Under the pieces are notes generated by a model that was given only the letters and a program-made list of their open reading frames with translations, made no database searches and was not told the DNA's origin. From positions 704 to 64,703 of the forward strand of contig JBGALL010000002.1 of the NCBI GenBank assembly GCA_044223895.1: DNA of 64,000 nucleotides, read 5' to 3'. Below are positions 42,149 to 51,296 of the stretch, piece by piece (the first letter of the stretch is position 1; each line of letters starts with the position of its first letter). The stretch is from Candidatus Woesebacteria bacterium. GTDB taxonomy: Bacteria > Patescibacteriota > Microgenomatia > UBA10105 > UBA927. Both the position numbers and the translations under genes were made by a program.

Positions 42149-42197
42149 ATCTTGCATTAAGAATCTACGTTTCAACCAATTTTGTTTTAAATCATCT

Positions 42198-42239
42198 CTC
42201 ACTTTTTATGACTATTTGAGTGAAATATGCGAAGATAAA
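42198..42239 (+). repeat. copy B of conserved ~42-nt intergenic motif (CTCACTTTTTATGACTATTTGAGTGAAATATGCGAAGA)
   Basis: matches 36283..36324. Confidence 0.5.
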
Positions 42240-42265
42240 TAAAATAGCATGAGTATTTTTATCAA

Positions 42266-42724
42266 CTAATTTATTTCATTTATATCAACGCTAATATATT
42301 TGCGGCCCCCATTTTCTGTCTCGATATTTACATTAGACGGGTGACAAATTTTATTAATACATTGATTTTTTAGGGGTGAAGAATCAAGATTAACAAAATG
42401 TCCATCAATTTTAATAGATTTATCCATAAATGGCTCTAAATCAAGCTTACTTGTTTTAATTGGATAATATCCCTCTCTGTTTAAGTATTTATAATGTAGT
42501 ACGAAAGTATTATCGATCTTTATGATTGTAAAAATTGCATCTGGATTATCGAGAAATGGACCCCATGGAGGGTTATTATCACAACCACTATGAGCTGGAT
42601 AAAATTTACATATTGCTGCACTAACTAGTATTAATGGGGAAAAAAAGTTTAAGTAAATCTTGGTAGAAAAGAAAATATATATACCAACCAGTAGAAAAGA
42701 AAGTAGAAATATTTTATATTTCAT
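42266..42724 (-). CDS. hypothetical secreted/membrane-anchored small protein
   Basis: 152-aa ORF with N-terminal hydrophobic segments. Confidence 0.4.
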   Translation of the reverse strand: MKYKIFLLSFLLVGIYIFFSTKIYLNFFSPLILVSAAICKFYPAHSGCDNNPPWGPFLDNPDAIFTIIKIDNTFVLHYKYLNREGYYPIKTSKLDLEPFMDKSIKIDGHFVNLDSSPLKNQCINKICHPSNVNIETENGGRKYISVDINEIN

Positions 42725-42840
42725 ATCTTTGATTTTAACATAGTATGTAATTATTCAGTCTTATAAGTATCTCTACGTTTTTAACTATCCAGAAAATATC
42801 AAAAAATTTGTAATGTCATCAGAATGGTGGGAATTAAAGT

Positions 42841-43170
42841 TTATCTGATAAATCTAGATATACTGAGGTAAATAGACTGTAACCATAAAAATGGCCAGAG
42901 TAATACATCGAGTATAAATTCATCCACTGGGGTGTTATTCATAGTATTTATATAATCAGGTGAATAGCCATTTGGATTAAATTTATAACTGTAAAATAAC
43001 CATAATCCAATAATGATTTCTATAGCAGATGCAGCTAAAAATGAAATTATGATATTTTTAAGTTTGTTTTTTATATTAAACTTTTTTGAGGTAATTTTAT
43101 GAATGATGTACGTAAAAAAAACAATAAAAATAATTGTGGGGATATATAAAAATACCTCTAAAAAATTCAT
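42841..43170 (-). CDS. hypothetical small membrane protein (3 TM)
   Basis: 109-aa ORF. Confidence 0.4.
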   Translation of the reverse strand: MNFLEVFLYIPTIIFIVFFTYIIHKITSKKFNIKNKLKNIIISFLAASAIEIIIGLWLFYSYKFNPNGYSPDYINTMNNTPVDEFILDVLLWPFLWLQSIYLSISRFIR

Positions 43171-43410
43171 GGATACATTATACCTAGACGGCTAAGTTGG
43201 TTCGAATCTCATCTAGGGTCTAACAATATTTGAGGCTAGAGATGGAACACTTGTTTGCACTATTGAATTTAATTTTAGATTTATCTAGAGCTCAAAGGTA
43301 GATTATATATGATTCTTAGAATGTGTGGGGTGGCTGACGGGATTACCTTCGACTCATCTTCGACAAGCTCAGATTCGCTCAGGGTAAACTTCTCATCCCG
43401 TCACAAAAAA

Positions 43411-43446
43411 AAGACAAGCTTATAAATAAACTTGTCTTTTTCTGGG
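43411..43446. terminator. bidirectional rho-independent terminator-like hairpin (AAGACAAG/CTTGTCTT 8-bp stem, 12-nt loop) flanked by A8 and T5
   Basis: read directly; no annotated gene immediately upstream on + strand. Confidence 0.45.
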
Positions 43447-43531
43447 GTCCCTGATGCAACACAGTTTGAACCACTTTTAGCTCACTTTGAACAGTTGCGC
43501 CTCATTTATGAGGCCAAAGAGGAGGAAGAAA

Positions 43532-43972
43532 ATGACTAATTCCTCTCTTTTTGACGAGACCACTTTCTACCCACAGTTTACCAGAGATTTACTTCGCTGT
43601 ACTAGCGAAGTCGTAATTGAATCTCCATTCATAACAGCAGAAAGAATGAAAATGCTATTTCCTATTTTTAGAGAACTTATCAAACGAAACGTAAAGGTAT
43701 TTATTTTTACCCGTGACCCAAGGGAACATTCAGATGGGTACGAGTATCAATCAGAAGCAGAAATTCAAAGATTTGAGGAGATAGGAGTACAAGTCTTTCT
43801 CTGTACTGGAAATCATCATCGTAAACTGGCAATGCTTGACCGGGAAATTCTTTGGGAAGGGTCATTAAACATTCTTTCTCAGGTTAAAAGTCGCGAAATT
43901 ATGAGAAGAATTGACGATAGAGTGACAACCCAGGAAATGTTTGATTTTCTGAAGTTTAGCCGGTTTATTTAA
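43532..43972 (+). CDS. PLD-superfamily endonuclease, single HKD domain (Nuc/NucT-like)
   Basis: HHRKLAMLD...GSLNI (HxKx4D...GSxN) motif; strong SD GAGGAGG 6 nt before ATG 43532 (ORF-track start 43487 lacks SD). Confidence 0.7.
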   Translation: MTNSSLFDETTFYPQFTRDLLRCTSEVVIESPFITAERMKMLFPIFRELIKRNVKVFIFTRDPREHSDGYEYQSEAEIQRFEEIGVQVFLCTGNHHRKLAMLDREILWEGSLNILSQVKSREIMRRIDDRVTTQEMFDFLKFSRFI

Positions 43973-44018
43973 GAATTTTGGCTGATTCGTGGTACACTTG
44001 CAGAAATAAAGGGAATAT

Positions 44019-44273
44019 ATGAGCAAAACACCAACAGAAGAAGATATTCAAAAAGTACTTAAAATACTACAGGAAACCCAGCCGGAGAAAGCAACCCGTG
44101 AGTATGCCATAAAAACTATCGAAAGCATGAAGTCTATGGCCAGTATGATGGTGGATAGAATTGATGAAGATTTGAAATCAGGCAAAGTTAAGATTAATGA
44201 AAAAGGTGAAGTTACGCGGGACGGTAAAGTGATCTCCGAATCCCCTAAAAGGGCAAAATCTCAGAAGACTTAA
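44019..44273 (+). CDS. hypothetical small acidic protein
   Basis: 84-aa ORF; 3-prime end overlaps convergent XRE gene. Confidence 0.3.
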   Translation: MSKTPTEEDIQKVLKILQETQPEKATREYAIKTIESMKSMASMMVDRIDEDLKSGKVKINEKGEVTRDGKVISESPKRAKSQKT

Positions 44274-44460
44274 TTTTTAAAGCTTTTACGATTTTTTCAA
44301 GAATTTCAAAGGTAAAGTTTTCTTCTCCCCTCTCGATCCGGGCAAAATAATTAACATGAATTTCTGCCCTGTCAGCCACTTGTTTTTGAGTAAGTCCTTG
44401 CTTTTCTCGAGCTTTCTTTAGCTGTTCTCCAAAGGCTTTTTGTGTTTTTGAAGTACCCAT
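44245..44460 (-). CDS. XRE-family (Cro/CI-type) helix-turn-helix transcriptional regulator
   Basis: LTQKQVADRAEIHVNYFARIERGE HTH_3 consensus; 71 aa. Confidence 0.7.
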   Translation of the reverse strand: MGTSKTQKAFGEQLKKAREKQGLTQKQVADRAEIHVNYFARIERGEENFTFEILEKIVKALKIKSSEILPF

Positions 44461-44472
44461 ATATTTATTATA

Positions 44473-45237
44473 CTATTTCTGATTAGCCTCTCCTATGAGA
44501 TGAGCATTTAACCACTCTTTCCATACTTCTTCGACTTCACCCTTTATTTTCCCAGTGACCCCTGCTTCTTCTGTAAGTTCCCCAGCTATTTTTGTTACTG
44601 TGATTGCAACAACAATTAAGCTAAGCGAAAGATCACTTGTACCGGTAAATTGATAAAGATCGTTGTGAAGGAAGTTGAATATATCTGTGGGTGAAAAATG
44701 ATTTTTGTAATTACCAGCTATATATGTTTGCGAAAGAGTTTTAAACTCTTCTGCTTTAATCACGTTATTAGCAAGCAGTTCTTGAATCATTCCCTCAATT
44801 CCCACCCCAGACCATCGTTGTCGTTCCTTTAGTTTTTTTGGCAATTTTTCATAATCGTCAGTGATCTCTCGAATGAATTTGGGATCCATTTTTGCCTCAG
44901 AAGCTTGTAAATACTGAAGATCCCTGTATGTCTCTACAGCCTTGAAATCAACAAACTGCTTGGAGTATTTTTCTTTCCCCTTCAGCTTTATGTATTCAAT
45001 ATTAATCAGATCTTCAAAAACTCTTCTGCTTAAATCCATGCTTGGATCTCCAAAAGCAACCCTATCATCATCGTCACCATCAGCGAGATGCATGATTGTA
45101 TATAGGGTTAAATAATCCCGTCGTAAAGTCCCCAATATTATTGTGGAAAATAACGATGGCTGATTTATCTTTGTGATTAGTGGGTGTATCACCCGTAGTG
45201 TTTTTTCTGCTAGTTGTTTTGCTTCTGTCAGATTCAT
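44473..45237 (-). CDS. hypothetical protein (254 aa), no recognisable domain; sits between AbiEii-like NTase and XRE regulator
   Basis: ORF with 10-12 nt gaps to neighbours on same strand. Confidence 0.5.
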   Translation of the reverse strand: MNLTEAKQLAEKTLRVIHPLITKINQPSLFSTIILGTLRRDYLTLYTIMHLADGDDDDRVAFGDPSMDLSRRVFEDLINIEYIKLKGKEKYSKQFVDFKAVETYRDLQYLQASEAKMDPKFIREITDDYEKLPKKLKERQRWSGVGIEGMIQELLANNVIKAEEFKTLSQTYIAGNYKNHFSPTDIFNFLHNDLYQFTGTSDLSLSLIVVAITVTKIAGELTEEAGVTGKIKGEVEEVWKEWLNAHLIGEANQK

Positions 45238-45247
45238 AATTTAATTC

Positions 45248-46456
45248 CTAAAATTCTACTGCATAGCGAGGTGAAAAACTGTATTCTGTAGGCCGAATCG
45301 ACTCAATCTTGTCACAAATAAACCTTTTTATCGATTGCTTTCCTGATTTTCCTCCAGTTGTGTCATATCCCCAAAAATATTCTTGTCCAACTCCATCTTT
45401 TCTTACATAATATTCCATAGAGTATGGTTCCACGAGACGATCATACCCATCGTAGCTCAGCTCCACCATAGTTAAAGATTGTCCTGCATTTTTAATCGTA
45501 TTTCGTACACCAGAATCAAAATAGCTGGGTACTGAAGAATAGCCGCCTCCATAGCTGCCTGATCTTCTAGGGACACCAAAGGAAGGTATTGCAAATGCTG
45601 GCTGTGGTACTGGACTAGCAATAAGGTTGAACAAATCTTCAATCAAACTATTGAAATTACTTATGACAAAATCAAACTGAAATAAGCTGGTAACGGGAGC
45701 AATTAAAGTTTTCCAAAATGGGCGGTATGTTTCCAGTTGGATGCCCAGTAGTTGCTGTTTCGCAGAGTTCGGTGAGCCTTCATAAATTGTCTTTTTTAGA
45801 AAAGTAGATACCACTTCTGCTCTGCTAACAGAAAATTCTTGCACAATCAGCACTGAATATAATAGATCGAAGAGATCCGATACTTTTTGACGATGGAGCA
45901 AGCTATTGAGTTTTGAAGCGAGAATTTCTTCTGCTTTATGGCACCGAATATCCATCGCACATTCTGAGCTGTCTGAATATGGATGAATCAGAGGTCTCGA
46001 TTGGATCGGCAAGTAGATTTTATCAAACTGCGTAATATCTAATTGTGTTTTGAGCGATATTGTTTCTTCGCCATAAAAGCCTTTGAAATACAATCTTGCC
46101 TCTAAAACGTCCGTGTTGGGAATGGGGACATCCTTTGGACGTACTAGGGTTCGATCTAATTCAAACTGAATGCTTGTTTTTTGACTAATATCTGAACAAA
46201 CCGCATTTAACTCATCATGAAGGAAAGAGACATCTATTTCTTGATCGAGGGAGAAATCCAAATCTTTTGAGAAACGGGTATTGGGTAAATAGCCCTTTCT
46301 TAATCCGTTACCCCCCTTCAAGGTAAGGATGTTGTTTAATGAAGGTCGAGAATAAATTGAATGCAACACCCAGCCAAAGACATAATCTTTTTCAACGTCA
46401 GCGGGGTTAATACTAAATTCTTCAGCTTTGCGATCAATTTCGTCTTTTGTAATCAT
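45248..46456 (-). CDS. AbiEii/DUF1814-family nucleotidyltransferase (abortive-infection / type IV toxin-like) with ~100-aa C-terminal extension
   Basis: N-terminal EKDYVFGWVLHSI...LKGGNGLRKGY...RFSKDLDFSL (GG...DxD Pol-beta-type NTase signature in AbiEii arrangement). Confidence 0.6.
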   Translation of the reverse strand: MITKDEIDRKAEEFSINPADVEKDYVFGWVLHSIYSRPSLNNILTLKGGNGLRKGYLPNTRFSKDLDFSLDQEIDVSFLHDELNAVCSDISQKTSIQFELDRTLVRPKDVPIPNTDVLEARLYFKGFYGEETISLKTQLDITQFDKIYLPIQSRPLIHPYSDSSECAMDIRCHKAEEILASKLNSLLHRQKVSDLFDLLYSVLIVQEFSVSRAEVVSTFLKKTIYEGSPNSAKQQLLGIQLETYRPFWKTLIAPVTSLFQFDFVISNFNSLIEDLFNLIASPVPQPAFAIPSFGVPRRSGSYGGGYSSVPSYFDSGVRNTIKNAGQSLTMVELSYDGYDRLVEPYSMEYYVRKDGVGQEYFWGYDTTGGKSGKQSIKRFICDKIESIRPTEYSFSPRYAVEF

Positions 46457-46513
46457 ATAATTCCGTAGGCCAACTCAAGCGCAAGTATACTACTGCAATT
46501 CGAGAAAGGATAA

Positions 46514-47110
46514 TTATTTCAAAAACACTCTCGGGTTTACTGGAATTCCGTTCACCCTCGTTTCAAAATGCAAATGTGGTCCAGTGACCCATCCTGTGTC
46601 TCCTTGGCTTCCTATTAGTTGCCCTTGTTTTATTTCATCATCCTTTGAAACACTTATTATTCCCAAGTGGGCATAAACAGAAGTTATATTGTCTCCATTG
46701 TCGATTATTACATGGTTACCGTAACCCCAAGAGATTCCATCAGCATAGATTACTTTTCCTTTCATAAAAGCGTATACCGAATCACCTTTTTTACCTGCAA
46801 TATCTATGCCTGTATGAAATGGCTGGTAAATACTTGATTCTCCAAACTCCAAGGTAATAACACCCTGGGCGGGCCAGATAAACGGTCCGGAAAGTTCTTT
46901 AACGACTTTTCCATCAAGAGGATTTTTGAGTTGTACAGTGAGGCGGATTTCATTAAAGCCAACTAGGCTGTCAGAAACAATTTCTATGCCTGTTTGAGTT
47001 ATTACTAAAACAGCTAAGACAGGAAGAAGCAATAACGTCAGAAATACCGTTGCAACGTATTTCAGTTCTTTACGATGTGAGAAAAGCTGCCAAAGCAGGA
47101 TAGGGTTCAT
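46514..47110 (-). CDS. M23-family peptidoglycan DD-metalloendopeptidase (LytM-like), membrane-anchored
   Basis: HTGIDIAG and GPHLHFE zinc-ligand motifs. Confidence 0.8.
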   Translation of the reverse strand: MNPILLWQLFSHRKELKYVATVFLTLLLLPVLAVLVITQTGIEIVSDSLVGFNEIRLTVQLKNPLDGKVVKELSGPFIWPAQGVITLEFGESSIYQPFHTGIDIAGKKGDSVYAFMKGKVIYADGISWGYGNHVIIDNGDNITSVYAHLGIISVSKDDEIKQGQLIGSQGDTGWVTGPHLHFETRVNGIPVNPRVFLK

Positions 47111-48900
47111 GAAGCAAGATATCTTTCTGCAGGATCTGTGGTAATTAGCGGATGCTCTTTTTCAGAAGCAACGATTTTAATGGCAACGTGGTTTTGATCG
47201 GCAATAATAATTGCTTCACCCCGTTCACAGGTAAGCAAGAATTTTTCTTCATATTCAGAGAGTTTGAATTCTCGGGCGACTCCGGCAATTGTAGTCGTGT
47301 CCTGCCGCATCAGGATACGCAACGAGGCTTGAGAGGCTATCGCCCTGCCATATTGATTACTGAGAAAGTCATTTGCTTGTTGAGAGATGATGGAGACACC
47401 AAGATAATACTTCCTGGCCCGTCTGGTAAGTCCTGCTACAAACCGTGCACTTTCCTCATGTTCTAATAGTAACCACCCTTCATCTATAACCAACATTCGC
47501 TTCTGGGGTTCTTTCTTCACCTGGTTATAGACAAAATTGGCCACAATCATCAGCATGATTTGTCTCAAAGATTCCGGTAGATCTTTAATGTCAAAAACGA
47601 TCAATCGGTTATCTAGTTTAATATTGGTTTGCTTGTCGAAAACGCTCGATAGCGATCCCTTCACAAACTTTTCCAGTCTAGTGACTAAAGTCTTCTGCCC
47701 ATCAGCCTTCAAGGTTTTGTACAGGTCCTTAAGAAGCGGATATCCTTTAGCTCGCGAATTTTTTCCATGCAGGGTGTATCCAAATGTTCTGTATGTTTCA
47801 ATGATAGCTTTATCTAGTACTGCCTTTTCCTGAGAGGTTAATCCGTCAATCATTAAAGAAATGACTTCGGTTAAATCCTGGATATGTTCAGCCAAGTTAT
47901 TTTCGCTTCCATACGAACTAACCGAAAAATCAAATGGGTTGATCTTTTCTTTTGATTCTAAAGACAATCGGATATACGTGCCTCCTAAGGATTCTGAAAG
48001 TTGCCGGTACTCACGTTCAGGATCAATCACAATTACTTTAGTCTTTTGCATCAGTTGACGCAGGATCTCAACTTTGGCTGCATAGCTTTTACCGCTACCG
48101 GATTGTGCAAAAATAATGCTATTGGCATTGTGCAAAGAAAATCTATCAACGATAACAAGAGAATTATTGGACTTGTTAATGCCGTACAAAATGCCTGACT
48201 CCTGAACTAACTCCGATGAGGTAAAAGGAAACGTTAAGGCAGCAGACGAGCTGTCGAGATTTCTCTTTTGGGCCAAAATGTTTTCTCCTCTTGGAAGAAT
48301 TGATTGCAGTGCTTCTAGTTGCTGGAAGCTGGCAACTTTTGTGTAAAAAAGTTTGGTTGCCAGTGCTGTTTCCAGGAGAGTCGTAATCTTGCCAAGCTCC
48401 GATACAGAATCAGTGATAACAGTAGCATAGATGGACACCTGAAACAGTTTTTCCTGGCCTCTCAAGATTCTGTCTTTCAGGTTTTGGGCTGATTCCAACG
48501 GATCTAAAATTTCAGAACCGACAATCTTTCCCTGTTGGGTCATTGACCTTCTGGTTGATTCCAATTCAGTAATTTTTCTCGTCAGTTTGGGAAGAGCAAT
48601 TAGCGGGTCAACTAGTTCAATATGGTAGGAAATATCTATGTTGTGGTTGAAGTTGGATAGCATTGACAGCCAGCCGGTAGAAGCAACATACGGATAACCA
48701 GAAATAAACAACGTCCTGATATATTTGCCGTCCAGCTCAATATAGTTGGTATGTTCTTCTAATCCGGCATAAGAAATCAGATCAATCTGATCCTGCGAGC
48801 CAAACTCGAATTGGCGGACTTGCGTCTTTTCTTTTTGGTGCTTTTGATAGGCCCTAATCCGTCTTTTAACTGGTTTAGGTAGGGTTAGTTTAAATTCCAT
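47107..48900 (-). CDS. VirB4/TraC/CagE-family type IV secretion ATPase (central + C-terminal ATPase portion)
   Basis: Walker A AQSGSGKSYAAK, Walker B MLVIDEGWLLL, RTLFISGYPY mid-region block. Confidence 0.75.
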   Translation of the reverse strand: MEFKLTLPKPVKRRIRAYQKHQKEKTQVRQFEFGSQDQIDLISYAGLEEHTNYIELDGKYIRTLFISGYPYVASTGWLSMLSNFNHNIDISYHIELVDPLIALPKLTRKITELESTRRSMTQQGKIVGSEILDPLESAQNLKDRILRGQEKLFQVSIYATVITDSVSELGKITTLLETALATKLFYTKVASFQQLEALQSILPRGENILAQKRNLDSSSAALTFPFTSSELVQESGILYGINKSNNSLVIVDRFSLHNANSIIFAQSGSGKSYAAKVEILRQLMQKTKVIVIDPEREYRQLSESLGGTYIRLSLESKEKINPFDFSVSSYGSENNLAEHIQDLTEVISLMIDGLTSQEKAVLDKAIIETYRTFGYTLHGKNSRAKGYPLLKDLYKTLKADGQKTLVTRLEKFVKGSLSSVFDKQTNIKLDNRLIVFDIKDLPESLRQIMLMIVANFVYNQVKKEPQKRMLVIDEGWLLLEHEESARFVAGLTRRARKYYLGVSIISQQANDFLSNQYGRAIASQASLRILMRQDTTTIAGVAREFKLSEYEEKFLLTCERGEAIIIADQNHVAIKIVASEKEHPLITTDPAERYLAS

Positions 48901-49504
48901 AAGTATTGGTAAACAATTCCTGAAATGTTTTTTGTGTTAAGGGTTGGGTCTTAAGGTGGGTAGGATTGTAAAAACTGTAAAAGAGGTCAAGTATTTCCAA
49001 ATTTCCTAAAACTCTGGTTTTCATCCCTAACTTTTCCAGTGCTTTTGCTACAATTTCACGGTTAAGGGTTAATTGTTCTTTAATAAGGGCAAAGTCCTGC
49101 TTACCTCTATTTTCCAGATTTGGAATCACGATATAAAACTTGCGGGTGAGGATTTTATTGCCTGACACGAGCTTTTTTACAAACTTGGTGTATTCGGTTA
49201 ACTGGTCTTTATATACCTGCTCTTTCTCATGGTTATTGTGGGTCATAAAGTCCTGCAAATAACCATCTATATCAATTTCTCTGGTTCTAATGAGGATTTG
49301 TACCGGACAAGGCAGAGAATTTAAGAAATTTTGAAAGGTATCAATAATCTGGTCTTGTTCTTCTTCACTTTTGAGTTCAAAGTTAACGGCCGAAGTTTCC
49401 AGAACCATCCGGAATTTATTACCAGGGAGGATAAGCACCCCGTCTTTGACTTCTTTAATGTTGATCTGGTTTCTGGCTGGAACTTTGCGTTTAAGTTTAA
49501 TCAT
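48890..49504 (-). CDS. VirB4 N-terminal domain-like protein (possible detached/frameshifted N-terminus of VirB4)
   Basis: 204 aa; 11-nt overlap with VirB4 ATPase ORF; combined 801 aa matches full-length VirB4. Confidence 0.45.
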   Translation of the reverse strand: MIKLKRKVPARNQINIKEVKDGVLILPGNKFRMVLETSAVNFELKSEEEQDQIIDTFQNFLNSLPCPVQILIRTREIDIDGYLQDFMTHNNHEKEQVYKDQLTEYTKFVKKLVSGNKILTRKFYIVIPNLENRGKQDFALIKEQLTLNREIVAKALEKLGMKTRVLGNLEILDLFYSFYNPTHLKTQPLTQKTFQELFTNTYGI

Positions 49505-49982
49505 AATTTTTTACCACTAATATTCCTTTTCTTCTGAACCTAAAATTGAGATTGGTGTTTCTGACAATAGACGCATAATCAATGTCTTGTGAGTCCGAAG
49601 TTTGTATTTCTTTTTCGGTTTTTTTAGCTGTTATAACAGCCTTTTGATAAGTTGGTTTGAGAAACTCTGCGTCCCGGGAAAAAAGTGTGTTTTTGGAAAA
49701 GATAAATATATGCGCCCTTAAAGCGTAGGTAGCGAGGATCGTAAGCCAGGAAAGAACTAACCTCCCCTTAATTCGTAAAGAAAGCAGAATAAAGATTGCA
49801 AATACTGTTCCTATCAAAGCAATTTTTACCATGCTAAACATCATCCGTTGTGGCACAAGTGCATAGATAAATGTGTTTATAAACAACGATGAAACCAGCA
49901 AAACTATCTGGGTAAAATTAAGGCTTCCGGCAATAGTGTCTTCTACCGTTGTTACTTGTGCTGGTATGACAGTGGTTCTCAT
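49497..49982 (-). CDS. VirB3-like small T4SS membrane protein (2 TM)
   Basis: 161-aa ORF, two TM helices, overlaps neighbours by 4-8 nt. Confidence 0.4.
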   Translation of the reverse strand: MRTTVIPAQVTTVEDTIAGSLNFTQIVLLVSSLFINTFIYALVPQRMMFSMVKIALIGTVFAIFILLSLRIKGRLVLSWLTILATYALRAHIFIFSKNTLFSRDAEFLKPTYQKAVITAKKTEKEIQTSDSQDIDYASIVRNTNLNFRFRRKGILVVKNYD

Positions 49983-51274
49983 GCGTGTACCACCTTTCTT
50001 GGCGTTTTGATTGCCCTGTCTGCAGCCGTAGCAGCAGTACCTTCTTTTTGCTTACTGCTGATTACATTCATAATCTGTCCCGCAGTTTTCTTAATCATCG
50101 CCCGGCCGGAGTTATAAAACATAAGCTGGATCATGAATGATTGGGTTTTAAGAAGTGTCAGTAACAGACCGATCCCGACAAGAATGGAAATAAGTGAATT
50201 CGCTCCCACCTGTTCAGGAATAGTCAGAAATGATGCTGCAAGCTGAATAACAACAACATGGACAAAGATAGAAAAAATAGTAACTAAATACGTTTTGGCT
50301 GAAATCTCGGCAAAGTCAGAAAATTTAGGGATTGCCCAAAGTAGGAATATAAAAGGTGACAAAACAGCACCTAGGGCTATGGCGATCAGACGGGTAATAT
50401 AGAAAAGCAGCAACACGACAGCTAAAACTACAAACAAAATCATAAAAATTAAGGTGATAAAAGCAATCTGGTCTAGCGAAAGTGACGCAGAATTAAAAGC
50501 GTTTGCAATCCAGGCTTGATTTAACCCACCAGTCGCGTTAAATACGGCTGTAACTAGCGTATTTGATAATTGAATAAACGTATCGACTATAAAAATGGAC
50601 ATATTTGCTCCCAGGAAAGCCAGACCGATTCGCGGCAGTAATTGTTTCAGCTCCAATTCTTCAAATCCAAATGTTGAGGCGCTCATAAACTGGAAACCGA
50701 GAACAGCAATAAGGAGAGCAAATAGAGCATCAACAATACCGACAATAACTAGCCAGAAGTTGAAAATAACTGAGTTAGTAGAGAGTAAAGGCGTAGTTGT
50801 CAGAAAAGTCAAAATTGCGTCTGTAACAGGTTTGGTGGCACTTTGAATAACGTTTTGCAAAAGGGACCCAATAGCATCTATCAGCACTTGCGTAAGCCCA
50901 CCCGTGGGTTCAACAGGCTCTATGGGAGCCAACTGTAAATTAGCGCCTCCAGTCGAAACTGAAGGGGTCGTAAGAGCCCCTGAAAGAATTGAAACAAATG
51001 TATTTGCCGAAAGGATTAAAACCAGTCCAATAAGTGCATTCCGGATAGTTTTCTTTGCATTTTCTAAAGAATCAGGTTTTCCGGACGAGGTGATATATAA
51101 GTAACCGCCTTTAATCAAGAAAAATGTGGCAACCAATGAACCAAGAATGGTTAGGGTATTGAGAGCTTGAGAAGTAAACTGAGTAACTTCGGGATTTGTG
51201 GAGACTGCAAATACTGCGCCAGGCGCTATTAAACTAGACAGAACAAGGATAACAATTATAGCTAGTATTCGCAT
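49979..51274 (-). CDS. VirB6/TrbL-like polytopic T4SS membrane protein with N-terminal pilin-like (VirB2-like) module
   Basis: N-terminus YITSSGKPDSLENAKKTI matches pilin gene YITSSGNPETLESAKKTI; >=7 TM helices. Confidence 0.5.
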   Translation of the reverse strand: MRILAIIVILVLSSLIAPGAVFAVSTNPEVTQFTSQALNTLTILGSLVATFFLIKGGYLYITSSGKPDSLENAKKTIRNALIGLVLILSANTFVSILSGALTTPSVSTGGANLQLAPIEPVEPTGGLTQVLIDAIGSLLQNVIQSATKPVTDAILTFLTTTPLLSTNSVIFNFWLVIVGIVDALFALLIAVLGFQFMSASTFGFEELELKQLLPRIGLAFLGANMSIFIVDTFIQLSNTLVTAVFNATGGLNQAWIANAFNSASLSLDQIAFITLIFMILFVVLAVVLLLFYITRLIAIALGAVLSPFIFLLWAIPKFSDFAEISAKTYLVTIFSIFVHVVVIQLAASFLTIPEQVGANSLISILVGIGLLLTLLKTQSFMIQLMFYNSGRAMIKKTAGQIMNVISSKQKEGTAATAADRAIKTPRKVVHA

Positions 51275-51296
51275 TTTTCATTTTTCTTTTCTTGCC

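Noticed and set aside
43184-43218. tRNA-like fragment (GGTTCGAATC T-loop-like sequence inside a CCTAGA...TCTAGG hairpin) at the putative island boundary
   Set aside because: No cloverleaf can be folded: there are no acceptor, D or anticodon arms. The T-stem flanks are not complementary. At most it is a degenerate remnant or a chance hairpin.
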